Shown: one piece after another, positions 18,675-28,230 of the stretch | Layout: every line of letters starts with the position of its first letter | Position numbering within the stretch: the stretch's first letter is position 1 | DNA from: Escherichia phage GaoY1-9D | Reading direction: 5' to 3' (one strand) | Sequence record: PP971806.1 | Length of the DNA stretch: 50,368 nucleotides | The notes under the pieces: model-generated | Told to the model about the DNA's origin: nothing | The model's database searches: none | Seen by the model: the letters and a program-made list of their open reading frames with translations, nothing else | Program-made: the position numbers and the translations under genes

Positions 18675-19421
18675 ATGACACCTAAGTTTGAAAACGTATT
18701 GCAGGGGCTATTCCCTGGTGAGATCATGACGCTAATCGACGTTGACGGAACTAAATTCGGAGCAGACGTCTACCGATTCCACAACGAGAACATCCAGTTT
18801 ACGCCGGAAGAGATTCTTGCAGCAACACAGCCAGGCGGGAACCTTAAGCCAAAAACAATCAACTTTCAGGGAAATGAATATGGCGCACGCCCCTTCGGCA
18901 TCTCTGGAATTGACTTAAATGGTAATGGCAAGGCCGGAAAGCCTCAGCTATCACTATCTAACCTTGACAGCCGCGTATCGGCGCTTATCCGGTCCTACAA
19001 CGGCATGATGCAGGCCAAGGTGACTATCTGGATAACCTCACGCGAAATGCTCGGCAGCAACGGAGATGTTTCCCCAGGTGACTTCAGAAAATACGTTTAC
19101 TATGTTGAACGACCGAACTTCGTGGATCAGAACCTTGCGCGATTCGACCTGACATCACCATACGATATGGATGGCATTATGATCCCGCCGCGAGTTACTC
19201 AGAGTGTTTGCTTTTGGGCGCAGCGTGGATGGTATCGGAGCGGACGCGGTTGCGGTTATAATGGAAGCCGGATGTTTGACAAAGACAACAATCCAGTAAC
19301 TGATCCATCTCAGGACGTTTGCGCTGGAACTGTAACTGCCTGCAAATTACGATTTGGCGACAAAAATGAATTAGATTTCGGCGGATGCGCGGTCGCATCA
19401 CTTGACAGGAAAAACCAATGA
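18675..19421 (+). CDS. minor tail protein (L-like)
   Basis: 248 aa; C-terminal Cys cluster; position. Confidence 0.65.
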   Translation: MTPKFENVLQGLFPGEIMTLIDVDGTKFGADVYRFHNENIQFTPEEILAATQPGGNLKPKTINFQGNEYGARPFGISGIDLNGNGKAGKPQLSLSNLDSRVSALIRSYNGMMQAKVTIWITSREMLGSNGDVSPGDFRKYVYYVERPNFVDQNLARFDLTSPYDMDGIMIPPRVTQSVCFWAQRGWYRSGRGCGYNGSRMFDKDNNPVTDPSQDVCAGTVTACKLRFGDKNELDFGGCAVASLDRKNQ

Positions 19422-20143
19422 TTAACGGCAAAATTAAGATGGCAATCTTCGAACATGCAAAATCAGTTTACCCCAATGAATGTTGCGGGGTGGTTACTCA
19501 GAAAGGCCGAGTGCAAAAATACTGGCCTATTGACAACGTTCACTCAGAGCCGGAAAAAGGTTTTCAGCTTCATTCGGTACAATACGCCTGCATTGAGGAT
19601 GACGCAGACCTAACCACGATCGCTATCGTTCATAGTCACACTGGCGACGGGGCGACCACTTTACCAAGCGCTCACGACCTTTGCGTATTGAATGAGATGG
19701 AATTGCCATGGGTGATTGTAAGTCTGCCAGAAGGTGACATGAGAATCGTTCATCCAGAAGCCATGCCGCTGATTGGTAGGCCCTGGTCGCTTGGCTCATT
19801 CGATTGTTGGGGTCTGGTTATGGCGTGGCACAAAGAGCAAGGCGTGATCCTGAATGACTTCCGAAAGCCTTACGAATGGTGGAAGCCTGAGTATGGCGAG
19901 AATCTATACCAGGATAACTACATCAAAGAGGGATTCGTTGAAACAGGAAAAGATCCTGAACCTGGTGACATGGTAATCATGAAACTACAGGCCGAAGTAT
20001 GGAATCATGCGGGAATTTACCTTGGAAACAATCAACTTCTTCACCACGCCTTCGGTAAGCTGTCAAAGACGGATATTTACTCAGGCTGGTTCCAGGATCA
20101 TACAGTAATGGTTTGTAGGCATAAGGAGTTAGAGAAATGTTAA
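19418..20143 (+). CDS. tail assembly protein (K-like, JAB/MPN plus NlpC/P60-like)
   Basis: motif HSHTGDGATTLPSAHD; position after L. Confidence 0.7.
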   Translation: MINGKIKMAIFEHAKSVYPNECCGVVTQKGRVQKYWPIDNVHSEPEKGFQLHSVQYACIEDDADLTTIAIVHSHTGDGATTLPSAHDLCVLNEMELPWVIVSLPEGDMRIVHPEAMPLIGRPWSLGSFDCWGLVMAWHKEQGVILNDFRKPYEWWKPEYGENLYQDNYIKEGFVETGKDPEPGDMVIMKLQAEVWNHAGIYLGNNQLLHHAFGKLSKTDIYSGWFQDHTVMVCRHKELEKC

Positions 20144-20730
20144 AAACGATCAAGCTATCCGGCTCGTTGGGCCGTCGATTCGGTGTTTTCCATAAGTTCG
20201 ACGTTGACTCATACCCCGAAGCAATTCGGGCTTTATCATCCCAGGTGGAAGGGTTTAAGGAGTTCATGCAGAGTGAGATCGGCTCACGTATGCACTTCGC
20301 AGTATTCGTTGACGGAAAGAATGTAGGCCAGCATGACGAGGCGGCATTCGTTTGTGCTAAAGAGGTCCGCATTATTCCGATCCCTACTGGATCAAAAAAC
20401 GGCGGGATGTTCCAGATTGTTGTTGGCGCTGTAATGATGGTTGCGGCATTCTACACAGGCGGCGCATCACTGGCGCTAATGGGTACATTCGCAACATCAG
20501 CATTCATGATGGGCGGCGCGATGGTTCTCGGCGGCGTAATGCAGATGATTTCACCGCAGCAAGGCGGCTCAAAGATGGAGGTTCAGAGCAGCAAGAACAA
20601 GCCTTCATATGCGTTCGGTGGTGCAGTTAACACAACAGCAGCCGGAAACCCGATCCCTGTACCTTATGGGTATCGAACTGTTGGTGGGGCGACATTCTCC
20701 GCCTATAGCGTCGCAGAAGATATGTCATAA
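20137..20730 (+). CDS. tail assembly protein (I-like)
   Basis: 197 aa with Gly/Ala/Met-rich hydrophobic segment; position before J. Confidence 0.55.
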   Translation: MLKTIKLSGSLGRRFGVFHKFDVDSYPEAIRALSSQVEGFKEFMQSEIGSRMHFAVFVDGKNVGQHDEAAFVCAKEVRIIPIPTGSKNGGMFQIVVGAVMMVAAFYTGGASLALMGTFATSAFMMGGAMVLGGVMQMISPQQGGSKMEVQSSKNKPSYAFGGAVNTTAAGNPIPVPYGYRTVGGATFSAYSVAEDMS

Positions 20731-20735
20731 CTTAA

Positions 20736-20760
20736 GACCCGCCTTGCGCGGGTTTTTTTG
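20736..20760 (+). terminator. intrinsic terminator
   Basis: hairpin ACCCGC-CTTG-CGCGGGT then T7. Confidence 0.65.
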
Positions 20761-20807
20761 CGCCTGTATAATGAAACCTCTATAAATCGCACGAAAGGCT
20801 AAACATC

Positions 20808-23800
20808 ATGATTAAAAATAGTGTAGTGACTGGCCGGAAGGGTGGAAGCAGTAAGCCGCATACCCCACAGGAGATGGAAGATAACCTGATCTCAATCAAC
20901 AAGATTAAGGTTTTGCTCGCTGTTAGTGATGGCGAGGTTGACGCGAATTTCTCATTAAAGGACTTATATCTTAATGATGTTCCTGTAATTGCACCTTCCG
21001 GCGAGGTTAACTATGAAGGAGTAACGGCTGAGTTCAGACCTGGTACGCAGGCACAGGACTACATCAAAGGATTTAACGACACGGCTGCTGAGTTCACTGT
21101 AGGTCGTGAACTGAAAACAACGACGCCTTACGTGATTTCAGTAACAAACAAACAGCTTTCCGCTGTTCGCGTAAAAATCCTGATGCCTCGCGGCGTTACC
21201 ACGAAAGAAAACGGCGACATGGTTGGCGTGGTCGTGAAGTGGGCCGTAGATATGGCGGTTGATGGAGGGAGCTACCAGGAGGTTTTATCTGACGTCATCG
21301 ATGGTAAGACGATTAGCGGATATGACAAGACAAAGCGTATTGACTTGCCGTCGTTTAATAGCCAAGTCCTGCTTCGGGTTCGTCGTGTTACTCCTGATTC
21401 GGATAATGCAAGAGTTGTTGACGCGATCAACATTCAGTCATATGCGGAAGTTATTGACGCTAAATTCCGTTATCCTCTGACTGGTCTTGTTTACGTTGAG
21501 TTTAACAGTGAGCTTTTCCCGCAGATCCCAAGCATTAGCACAAAAAAGAAATGGAAGTTGATTAACGTTCCGAGCAACTACAACCCAGAGCTACGTGAAT
21601 ATAGCGGCACATGGGATGGGAGTTTTAAAAAAGCATGGTCAAATAATCCGGCGTGGGTGCTTTATGATTTGATCACCAATCAGAGATACGGGCTCGACCA
21701 AAGAGAGTTGGGGATCGCCGTTGATAAGTGGTCGCTATATGATGCTGGTCAATACTGCGATCAGAAGGTTCCTGACGGTCACGGAGGGTTGGAGCCTCGC
21801 TACCTTTGCGATGTGGTAATCCAATCTCAGGTTGATGCTTACAATCTGGTTCGAGATATTTGCTCAATCTTCCGAGGAATGAGCTTCTGGAACGGCGAGA
21901 GCCTTTCAATTGTCATCGACCGACCTAGAGAGGCGTCGTATATTTTCACTAACGATAACGTCGTTGATGGCTCATTTGCCTATACGTTCGCAAGTGAAAA
22001 AAGCATGTACACAACCTGCAACGTCACGTTCGACGACGAGCAGAACATGTACAGCCAGGACATTGAGGGGGTATTCGACCTTAACGCCTCATTACGCTTC
22101 GGTCATAATCCGACAAGCATCACGGCGATCGGGTGTACTCGACGCAGTGAAGCGAATCGACGGGGCCGTTGGGTTCTCAAAACAAACCTTCGCAGCACGA
22201 CGGTGAGTTTTGCTACTGGCCTTGAGGGTATGATTCCGATGATTGGCGACGTGGTAGCAATCGCTGATAACTTCTGGTCAAGTAACCTGACGCTTTCGTT
22301 ATCAGGTCGTGTGATGGAAGTGTCAGGCCTGCAAGTGTTCACACACTTTAAGGTCGATGCGCGCGCTGGTGATTTCATTATCGTGAACAAGGCTGACGGA
22401 AATCCGGTGCGCCGGACGATTTCAAAAGTTTCTGCGGACGGGAAAACCATTGAGCTTAACGTTGGATTCGGTTTTGATGTTCAACCCAACACAGTGTTCG
22501 CAATCGACCGCACTGATGTGGCCTTGCAGCAATACGTTGTAACCGGAATCACGAAGGGCGACGGAGACGATGAGTTCACGTACAGCATTACTGCAGTTGA
22601 ATACGATCCGAACAAATACGACGAGATTGACTACGGCGTAAATATTGATGACCGACCAACCAGTATTGTAGATCCTGACAACATGCAGCCACCTAAAAAT
22701 ATCAAGGTGTCTTCATATTCAAGGATTGTCCAAGGAATGAGCGTAGAAACTATGGTCATCTCATGGGACAAAGTTCAGTACGCTAGCAAGTACGATGTGC
22801 AGTGGCGCAAGGACAATGGCAACTGGATGAACGTACCGCGAACAGCAAACAAAGAAGTCGAGGTTGAAGGGATTTATGCAGGCAATTATCACGTACGCGT
22901 AAGGAGCATCTCAAGAGGCGAAAATGCGTCTCCATGGTCTGAGGTTGTGAGCGTTGGATTGACGGGCAAGATTGGGAGGCCAGATAAACCAACAGTCATA
23001 ACTGCATCTGACGATCAGGTATTTGGTATCAGGGTTAAATGGGGATTCCCTGAAGGCTCTGGAGATACCGCGTACACTGAGTTGCAGCAGATACCAGATA
23101 ATGGAGCCGGAGGTCACACAGGCGAGGAGAATGCAAGCCTGTTAACAATGATACCATACCCTCAGTACGAGTACTGGCACTCTACACTACCGGCAGGATA
23201 TGTGAACTGGTACAGGGCAAGATTGGTAGACAGGATTGGTAACGCCTCTGACTGGTCTGACATTGTTCGCGGAATGGCAAGCGATGACGTTGAGTCAATA
23301 ATTGGAGAAATAAAGGTTGATATCGAGAATTCCGAGGGGTTTAAGTACCTACAGCAGAACGCCATTGAGTCAAACGGAGCTATTCAGGCGCAGGCGGAAT
23401 CAATTCTTGAAAACGCACTTGCAAACGACACGGACGTGCGACGAATGACCAAGGAAAACGGCAAGCGTAAGGCTGAATACGTTCAGGCGGTGAATCTTAT
23501 TGCTGATGAAACTCAGGCTCGCGTAGAGGCTCTCACGCAGCTTAAAGCACAGATTGATGATGAGGTTGTAGCTTCCATAACTGAAGTTCAGACGGCACTA
23601 GCCACCGAAACGGAAGCTAGGACTACTGCCGACACTGCTTTAAGCGCTCAGATTGGCGACACGCAGGCCGCACTGAATGAAAAACTTGACTCATGGGTAG
23701 ATGCAGAATCAGCTGGCGCTCAGTACGGCGTTAAATTGGGCCTCAAATACAATGGGGTTGAGTATAGTGCAGGGATGAGCATGGAACTTGTTGGCAGCGG

Positions 23801-24188
23801 TGCTGGTGTTAAGAGTCAGTTCATCTTTGACGCAAACAGATTCGCCATCAGTAACGGGATTGGATCTGGTTCCGGTCAGTGGGCATTGCCTTTTGTTGTT
23901 GAGAGCAACCAGGTGTTCATCCAGAGCGCAGTGATCAAGGACGGCTCAATCACTAATGCCAAGATTGGTAACAGGATTCAGTCAAACGACTACGTTACTG
24001 GATCTCAAGGGTGGGCGATTGATAAGTCTGGCACAGCTGAGTTAAGTAACGCAACTGTAAGGGGGAATCTGTACGCAAATAACGGTAACTTCGCATTCAA
24101 TGGAACAAACAATACTGTTCAGATTAACAACAATGGAATTACAGTAAACTTACCGAATGGAGGAAGGGTTGTAGTTGGAGTATGGTAA
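20808..24188 (+). CDS. central tail fiber / host specificity protein (J-like)
   Basis: 1126 aa, last gene of tail tip block. Confidence 0.85.
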   Translation: MIKNSVVTGRKGGSSKPHTPQEMEDNLISINKIKVLLAVSDGEVDANFSLKDLYLNDVPVIAPSGEVNYEGVTAEFRPGTQAQDYIKGFNDTAAEFTVGRELKTTTPYVISVTNKQLSAVRVKILMPRGVTTKENGDMVGVVVKWAVDMAVDGGSYQEVLSDVIDGKTISGYDKTKRIDLPSFNSQVLLRVRRVTPDSDNARVVDAINIQSYAEVIDAKFRYPLTGLVYVEFNSELFPQIPSISTKKKWKLINVPSNYNPELREYSGTWDGSFKKAWSNNPAWVLYDLITNQRYGLDQRELGIAVDKWSLYDAGQYCDQKVPDGHGGLEPRYLCDVVIQSQVDAYNLVRDICSIFRGMSFWNGESLSIVIDRPREASYIFTNDNVVDGSFAYTFASEKSMYTTCNVTFDDEQNMYSQDIEGVFDLNASLRFGHNPTSITAIGCTRRSEANRRGRWVLKTNLRSTTVSFATGLEGMIPMIGDVVAIADNFWSSNLTLSLSGRVMEVSGLQVFTHFKVDARAGDFIIVNKADGNPVRRTISKVSADGKTIELNVGFGFDVQPNTVFAIDRTDVALQQYVVTGITKGDGDDEFTYSITAVEYDPNKYDEIDYGVNIDDRPTSIVDPDNMQPPKNIKVSSYSRIVQGMSVETMVISWDKVQYASKYDVQWRKDNGNWMNVPRTANKEVEVEGIYAGNYHVRVRSISRGENASPWSEVVSVGLTGKIGRPDKPTVITASDDQVFGIRVKWGFPEGSGDTAYTELQQIPDNGAGGHTGEENASLLTMIPYPQYEYWHSTLPAGYVNWYRARLVDRIGNASDWSDIVRGMASDDVESIIGEIKVDIENSEGFKYLQQNAIESNGAIQAQAESILENALANDTDVRRMTKENGKRKAEYVQAVNLIADETQARVEALTQLKAQIDDEVVASITEVQTALATETEARTTADTALSAQIGDTQAALNEKLDSWVDAESAGAQYGVKLGLKYNGVEYSAGMSMELVGSGAGVKSQFIFDANRFAISNGIGSGSGQWALPFVVESNQVFIQSAVIKDGSITNAKIGNRIQSNDYVTGSQGWAIDKSGTAELSNATVRGNLYANNGNFAFNGTNNTVQINNNGITVNLPNGGRVVVGVW

Positions 24189-24193
24189 TAGAT

Positions 24194-24222
24194 AAAGCCC
24201 CTTAATTGGGGCTTTTCTTTTA
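24194..24222. terminator. bidirectional intrinsic terminator
   Basis: hairpin AAGCCCC-TTAATT-GGGGCTT flanked by A-run and T-run; convergent genes either side. Confidence 0.65.
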
Positions 24223-25185
24223 ATACATGTTTGGGGTAAAAGGAAGTGCCATTGATATGTTTGTATCAAATGGAAATTGAGCACCTGATTGCGTTGAGTA
24301 GTTACCAATTACAGTACCTGGAACTGCTCTAACATTGCCACCTGACATACATATTCCCTTATACCTAAGATTGTTGTAACCTCCTGTCACTCTTGTTGTT
24401 GCTCCACATCTAAGTATAGGAAAGAACCCACCCACATATTGCCAGTTGTTATTGATCTGAATGAAACCACCAAGGACAAATGGCCTCCTCACACTTGAGA
24501 ACACTATCTGCCCGGCGGGATTGCTCATTGTAATACCCGGGCCTGGCGGTGGAGGTGTATTGTTAAATATAACAAGATTAACATATGTGCTTGCGGCAAC
24601 GTCATCAGTTCCTCCGTATGTTATGTCTCTACACCATATTGTTGACCCATCAGACTCCAATGATACGTTTTGGTTATCCCACATGCCAAAAGGTATCCCA
24701 GAAACCGGAAGACTTGCCGCGCCGTTAACTTGCAACCCCCCAACGTACGCTGCGCTCATTAACCTGGCATTGTTTGGTATTGCTGTAAAATTAGTTGAGT
24801 TCTCTACAAGCAATCCCTGATTTCCAGCTGCGGCTGGCAGTATCTCAAAGCAACTACCGTAGAATCTTAATAGTCTACCATTCGAACCGTTGAAGTTTCC
24901 GATCCCAATGCGCCCCACAGAATCGCTAACCTTTGAGAAACTATTGAGGAAGTAGACCTCTGGAACAACATCAAAATCGTCAACATAAACGGCCTGGGAT
25001 GGTAGGCAAAATGCAGTTGATCCTGGGGTCATTGTTAACCCAAAATCCCACGATGAGTTTGAAGATGGGAAACCATCAGCCTGAATTGCTCCAGATACGG
25101 CAGGCGCTCTCAATCCAGCGGTAATCTCCATCGCTGGCCTTCCGTCATTTAGGTCAATCAATATACCTTGAGGCATTATTTCCAC
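24220..25185 (-). CDS. receptor-binding protein (putative)
   Basis: 321 aa on opposite strand just downstream of J, co-oriented with a lipoprotein gene. Confidence 0.45.
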   Translation of the reverse strand: MEIMPQGILIDLNDGRPAMEITAGLRAPAVSGAIQADGFPSSNSSWDFGLTMTPGSTAFCLPSQAVYVDDFDVVPEVYFLNSFSKVSDSVGRIGIGNFNGSNGRLLRFYGSCFEILPAAAGNQGLLVENSTNFTAIPNNARLMSAAYVGGLQVNGAASLPVSGIPFGMWDNQNVSLESDGSTIWCRDITYGGTDDVAASTYVNLVIFNNTPPPPGPGITMSNPAGQIVFSSVRRPFVLGGFIQINNNWQYVGGFFPILRCGATTRVTGGYNNLRYKGICMSGGNVRAVPGTVIGNYSTQSGAQFPFDTNISMALPFTPNMY

Positions 25186-25421
25186 TCCTTAGACCCATGG
25201 TCAGCCACTGAACCACCGTAACCTCCACCAGCCTTGCTCTCAATACCAGCGTAGCGCACATCAACTTCACCAGCTGGTACAATCACGCCACCTTTCCACT
25301 TAGCCACGCACACGCCGTTTGCTTGCGTTGCACACCACCCTTCAGGGCGAGGGCCAGAAGAACAACCAACTGTCATGATCACTGCTGCTGCGATGATTGC
25401 CGATTTGATTAAGTTAGTCAT
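25176..25421 (-). CDS. lipoprotein, candidate superinfection-exclusion protein (Llp/Cor-like)
   Basis: signal peptide with lipobox MTVGC; directly upstream of putative RBP. Confidence 0.55.
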   Translation of the reverse strand: MTNLIKSAIIAAAVIMTVGCSSGPRPEGWCATQANGVCVAKWKGGVIVPAGEVDVRYAGIESKAGGGYGGSVADHGSKEWK

Positions 25422-25505
25422 TTTGTTTTCCTTAGTAAGTATTTTTCGTTTCGATGAAGTAACTATACATGCAACTATCGTCGGAGTCTTTAACTATTCG
25501 TGCTA
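25422..25505 (-). promoter_or_regulatory. intergenic cassette copy (minus orientation)
   Basis: reverse complement reads TAGCACGAATAGTTAAA ... GTATAGTTA ... CATCGAAACGAAAAAT. Confidence 0.5.
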
Positions 25506-25938
25506 TTGTATACACGTAACCAATGTAACTCGATGTATACAATCCCATCCGCGAGAAATGATATACGCACTGTTACGCCAATTTACGCAATGGTTACATT
25601 AAAATATCTATATATATCAACCTTTTACTCTTATTATTATTATTATATATATTACTGTGTATATCATGTAACTACTTATATAGAGTGTTCCGCTTATAAA
25701 TTTCTAATATGTACATTTATACAGTATTTAATCACAAGCATACCAATGCACCATCCGCCAGAAGCGATATACACGATATACACGCTATTTACATCTAGCT
25801 ATAGCTGGGCATGATAGCCATTTTATGTAACTAGCGCCAATGTATACACATGATTACAGATACATACACGTAACCACTTGACTAATGCAACCAGTCGCGT
25901 ATAGTTAGCCACATCAACAACGAACGAGGATTAAAGAG
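25506..25938. repeat. AT-rich non-coding region with GTATACAC-type iterons and (TTA)n/(TA)n tract
   Basis: repeated TGTATACAC and GATATACAC; ACACGTAACCA twice; about 100 bp related to 46005..46100. Confidence 0.6.
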
Positions 25939-26979
25939 ATGACTAAGCCACTGTTTCAATATTTCACTTCAGAAGAAATGAGCAACGATTTCTATCACAG
26001 CAAAGATGAATGGACTGCTGAGTATGTCTCTGGTTCATCGTTGAGCAAGATTCACAGCTCATGCCCTGCGGCGTGGAAGTTTGAAATGAACTCTACGACT
26101 AAAGCTCTTGTTTTCGGCACTCAGTCACACACAAACTTTGAGAGCAAGACGCTGTTTGAACGTCAGTATCGCCGAGCACCGAAAGAAAGCGAGATTAAGA
26201 ACGTAATCACAAGCCAGGCAGCATTGGCAACGAAATTAAAATCATTTGGCCTGACTGGTACAAGCGGAAAGCAATATCCAGAACTGATCAAAATGATGGT
26301 TGATTGTGGCGAAGAACTCAACGTGATGTGGCTGATTGATATGATCGCACAGTGTCAGGCATGGGCCGATGGCGTGGAACTGGTTAAGGCGGAAGACTAC
26401 GATGCTTGCGTAAGTATGCGTCAGGTTCTTGAAATGATTCCTGAGCATAATGCTTGCATGAACAGTGAGACTGCATTCCGTGAGTATTCTTTATTCGGCG
26501 TGATTTGCGGTGTAAAAGTCAAGGTTCGTCTTGACCACGTTGACATCATTAAAGATCCAGAAGCAATACGCCGCATGGGTTACGATCCTGAGGTTCACCC
26601 TGAAATTGTCGTCATCACTGATTACAAAACGACAATGATCGCTAACCCGACAGAGTTCCCGCGCCTGGCTTTCAACCTTGGCTATTATCTCAAGATGGCA
26701 TTGCAGCGTGACCTGTTCGTCAAGTGCTTTGAAGAAACGCGTCCAGTTGTTGTGCGCTTGCTGGCCCAGGAGAAGAAAGAGCCTTACTTGCCTATGGCGT
26801 ACCGGATGAGCAGCGATCAGCTTAAGATTGGTCGCGCTCAGTATATGAGTGTTATTCACACGTTCTCAATGTGCGAGGCGAATGATGTGTGGCCTTCATA
26901 CAGCAACGGCGAACCTGAGATTGAGCTTGAAACTCCTGATTGGATTAAAAAGCAGTTCAAGCACATTCTGGAAGCGTAG
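25939..26979 (+). CDS. exonuclease of PD-(D/E)xK type (recombination exonuclease, putative)
   Basis: LDHVD ... VVITDYKTT motif arrangement; upstream of annealing protein and SSB. Confidence 0.5.
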   Translation: MTKPLFQYFTSEEMSNDFYHSKDEWTAEYVSGSSLSKIHSSCPAAWKFEMNSTTKALVFGTQSHTNFESKTLFERQYRRAPKESEIKNVITSQAALATKLKSFGLTGTSGKQYPELIKMMVDCGEELNVMWLIDMIAQCQAWADGVELVKAEDYDACVSMRQVLEMIPEHNACMNSETAFREYSLFGVICGVKVKVRLDHVDIIKDPEAIRRMGYDPEVHPEIVVITDYKTTMIANPTEFPRLAFNLGYYLKMALQRDLFVKCFEETRPVVVRLLAQEKKEPYLPMAYRMSSDQLKIGRAQYMSVIHTFSMCEANDVWPSYSNGEPEIELETPDWIKKQFKHILEA

Positions 26980-27050
26980 CACTTTTTGCTAAACACTAAC
27001 GCGGTGATTTGCTATAATCACCGTAAATCAAACGAAGTAAACAAAGGTAT
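26977..27050 (+). promoter_or_regulatory. intergenic cassette copy
   Basis: TAGCACTTTTTGCTAAA; hairpin CGGTGAT/ATCACCG with TGCTATAAT; AATCAAACGAAG. Confidence 0.6.
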
Positions 27051-27055
27051 ATATA

Positions 27056-27712
27056 ATGCGTACATCAGAGAAGTTTTCGAATGTTTCATCCGCTCTAATT
27101 GCAGCTAAAAAGCAGTTTGCCATCGCAAAAAAATCAGGCTATAACACTCACCTAAAAACTCACTACTCAAACCTGACGGACGTTTTGGAGGCGGTAGAGC
27201 CAGCACTGAAAGAACATGACCTGATGGTTATACAGTCGAATCTTGATACATCAACAGAAAAAGTAATGCACATTGAGACGATAATTCTTCACAGTTCAGG
27301 TGAGTGGCTGGCTTTTCAGTACAATATGCCTATTGAGAAGATTAGCGCCCAGGCATACGGCTCTACTACTTCATACGGTCGCCGTTACGCATTATGTGCA
27401 GCGCTTGGTATCACTCAGAGTGATGATGATGCAGAGATCGCAAAGCGCACAGCGGCAGACTACAAAAAGCTGATCGCCAACTGTGAAAAACTGGAAGACC
27501 TTCAAGTAATCTATAAGAGTGCGAAAGGTTCACTTAGTGCGGCGGAGTGGAAGATTGCAGAGGATCACTTGCAGAAGCGCAAGGCTGAGCTTAGTATCGG
27601 TAGTGCTCGCGGATTCCAGCCAGCCAAAAAGGCTGACGCTCAAAAGGTTGAGGATAAGGTTGCAAGCGCACCTTCTGAACCTGTACAATCTGAATCCATC
27701 GAGCAATTCTAA
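27056..27712 (+). CDS. single-strand annealing protein (Erf-like, putative)
   Basis: 218 aa between exonuclease and SSB. Confidence 0.45.
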   Translation: MRTSEKFSNVSSALIAAKKQFAIAKKSGYNTHLKTHYSNLTDVLEAVEPALKEHDLMVIQSNLDTSTEKVMHIETIILHSSGEWLAFQYNMPIEKISAQAYGSTTSYGRRYALCAALGITQSDDDAEIAKRTAADYKKLIANCEKLEDLQVIYKSAKGSLSAAEWKIAEDHLQKRKAELSIGSARGFQPAKKADAQKVEDKVASAPSEPVQSESIEQF

Positions 27713-27751
27713 TTAACGGGGCTTCGGCCCCGATCCAACAAGGAAAATAAA

Positions 27752-28201
27752 ATGCCACACGTAATCACTGGACAGATCCGCAAAGCACCATTCACCAAAG
27801 AAGGAAGTAACAATAATGGTCGCTGGAAAATGTACGCCGTCGAACTGTCAGAGCGTATGAAGATTCGCAATCAACAGGGCGAGGATGAGACGGTTTACAG
27901 TAACTACCGCGCTACGTTCTTCGCAAAAGAAAACGTTATGCAGTGGTATGATGAAGCGTTCCAGGAAGGTAAGGTTGTATCAATTTCTGCCGACACGCTT
28001 CACTTGGCGTCACGCCAGGGTAATGACGGCACTGTTTATGTAACCGCAGAGATGATCCGGCCTCAGTTGCAATTCAGCCAGCGTGAGCCATCACAGCAGG
28101 GCCAAGGCCAGCAGCAACAACGTCAGCAGCCTCAGCAGCAACAACGCCAGCAGCAGCAACCTAATCAATCAATGCAATTCGACGATGACATTCCATTCTA
28201 A
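27752..28201 (+). CDS. ssb: single-stranded DNA-binding protein
   Basis: OB-fold-like N-terminal region, Gln-rich linker, C-terminal FDDDIPF. Confidence 0.7.
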   Translation: MPHVITGQIRKAPFTKEGSNNNGRWKMYAVELSERMKIRNQQGEDETVYSNYRATFFAKENVMQWYDEAFQEGKVVSISADTLHLASRQGNDGTVYVTAEMIRPQLQFSQREPSQQGQGQQQQRQQPQQQQRQQQQPNQSMQFDDDIPF

Positions 28202-28202
28202 A

Positions 28203-28230
28203 TAAAAGGCCCCTTTCGGGGCCTTTTTTA
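28203..28230. terminator. bidirectional intrinsic terminator
   Basis: hairpin AGGCCCC-TTTC-GGGGCCT with flanking A and T runs. Confidence 0.65.

Noticed and set aside
25500-25814. 104-aa Tyr-rich ORF (YYYYYIYY) in the AT-rich region
   Set aside because: It is the translation of the (TTA)n/(TA)n low-complexity tract and iterons, with no RBS; the region is better explained as non-coding.
27519-27716. 65-aa ORF overlapping the 3' end of the annealing protein gene in another frame
   Set aside because: Fully nested in a better-supported gene, arginine/leucine-rich composition typical of out-of-frame reading, no RBS.
27714-27735. Hairpin GGGGCTTCGGCCCC between the annealing protein gene and ssb as an intrinsic terminator
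   Set aside because: It is not followed by a T-run (GATCCAACAAGG), so at most an attenuator or stability element; not called as a terminator.
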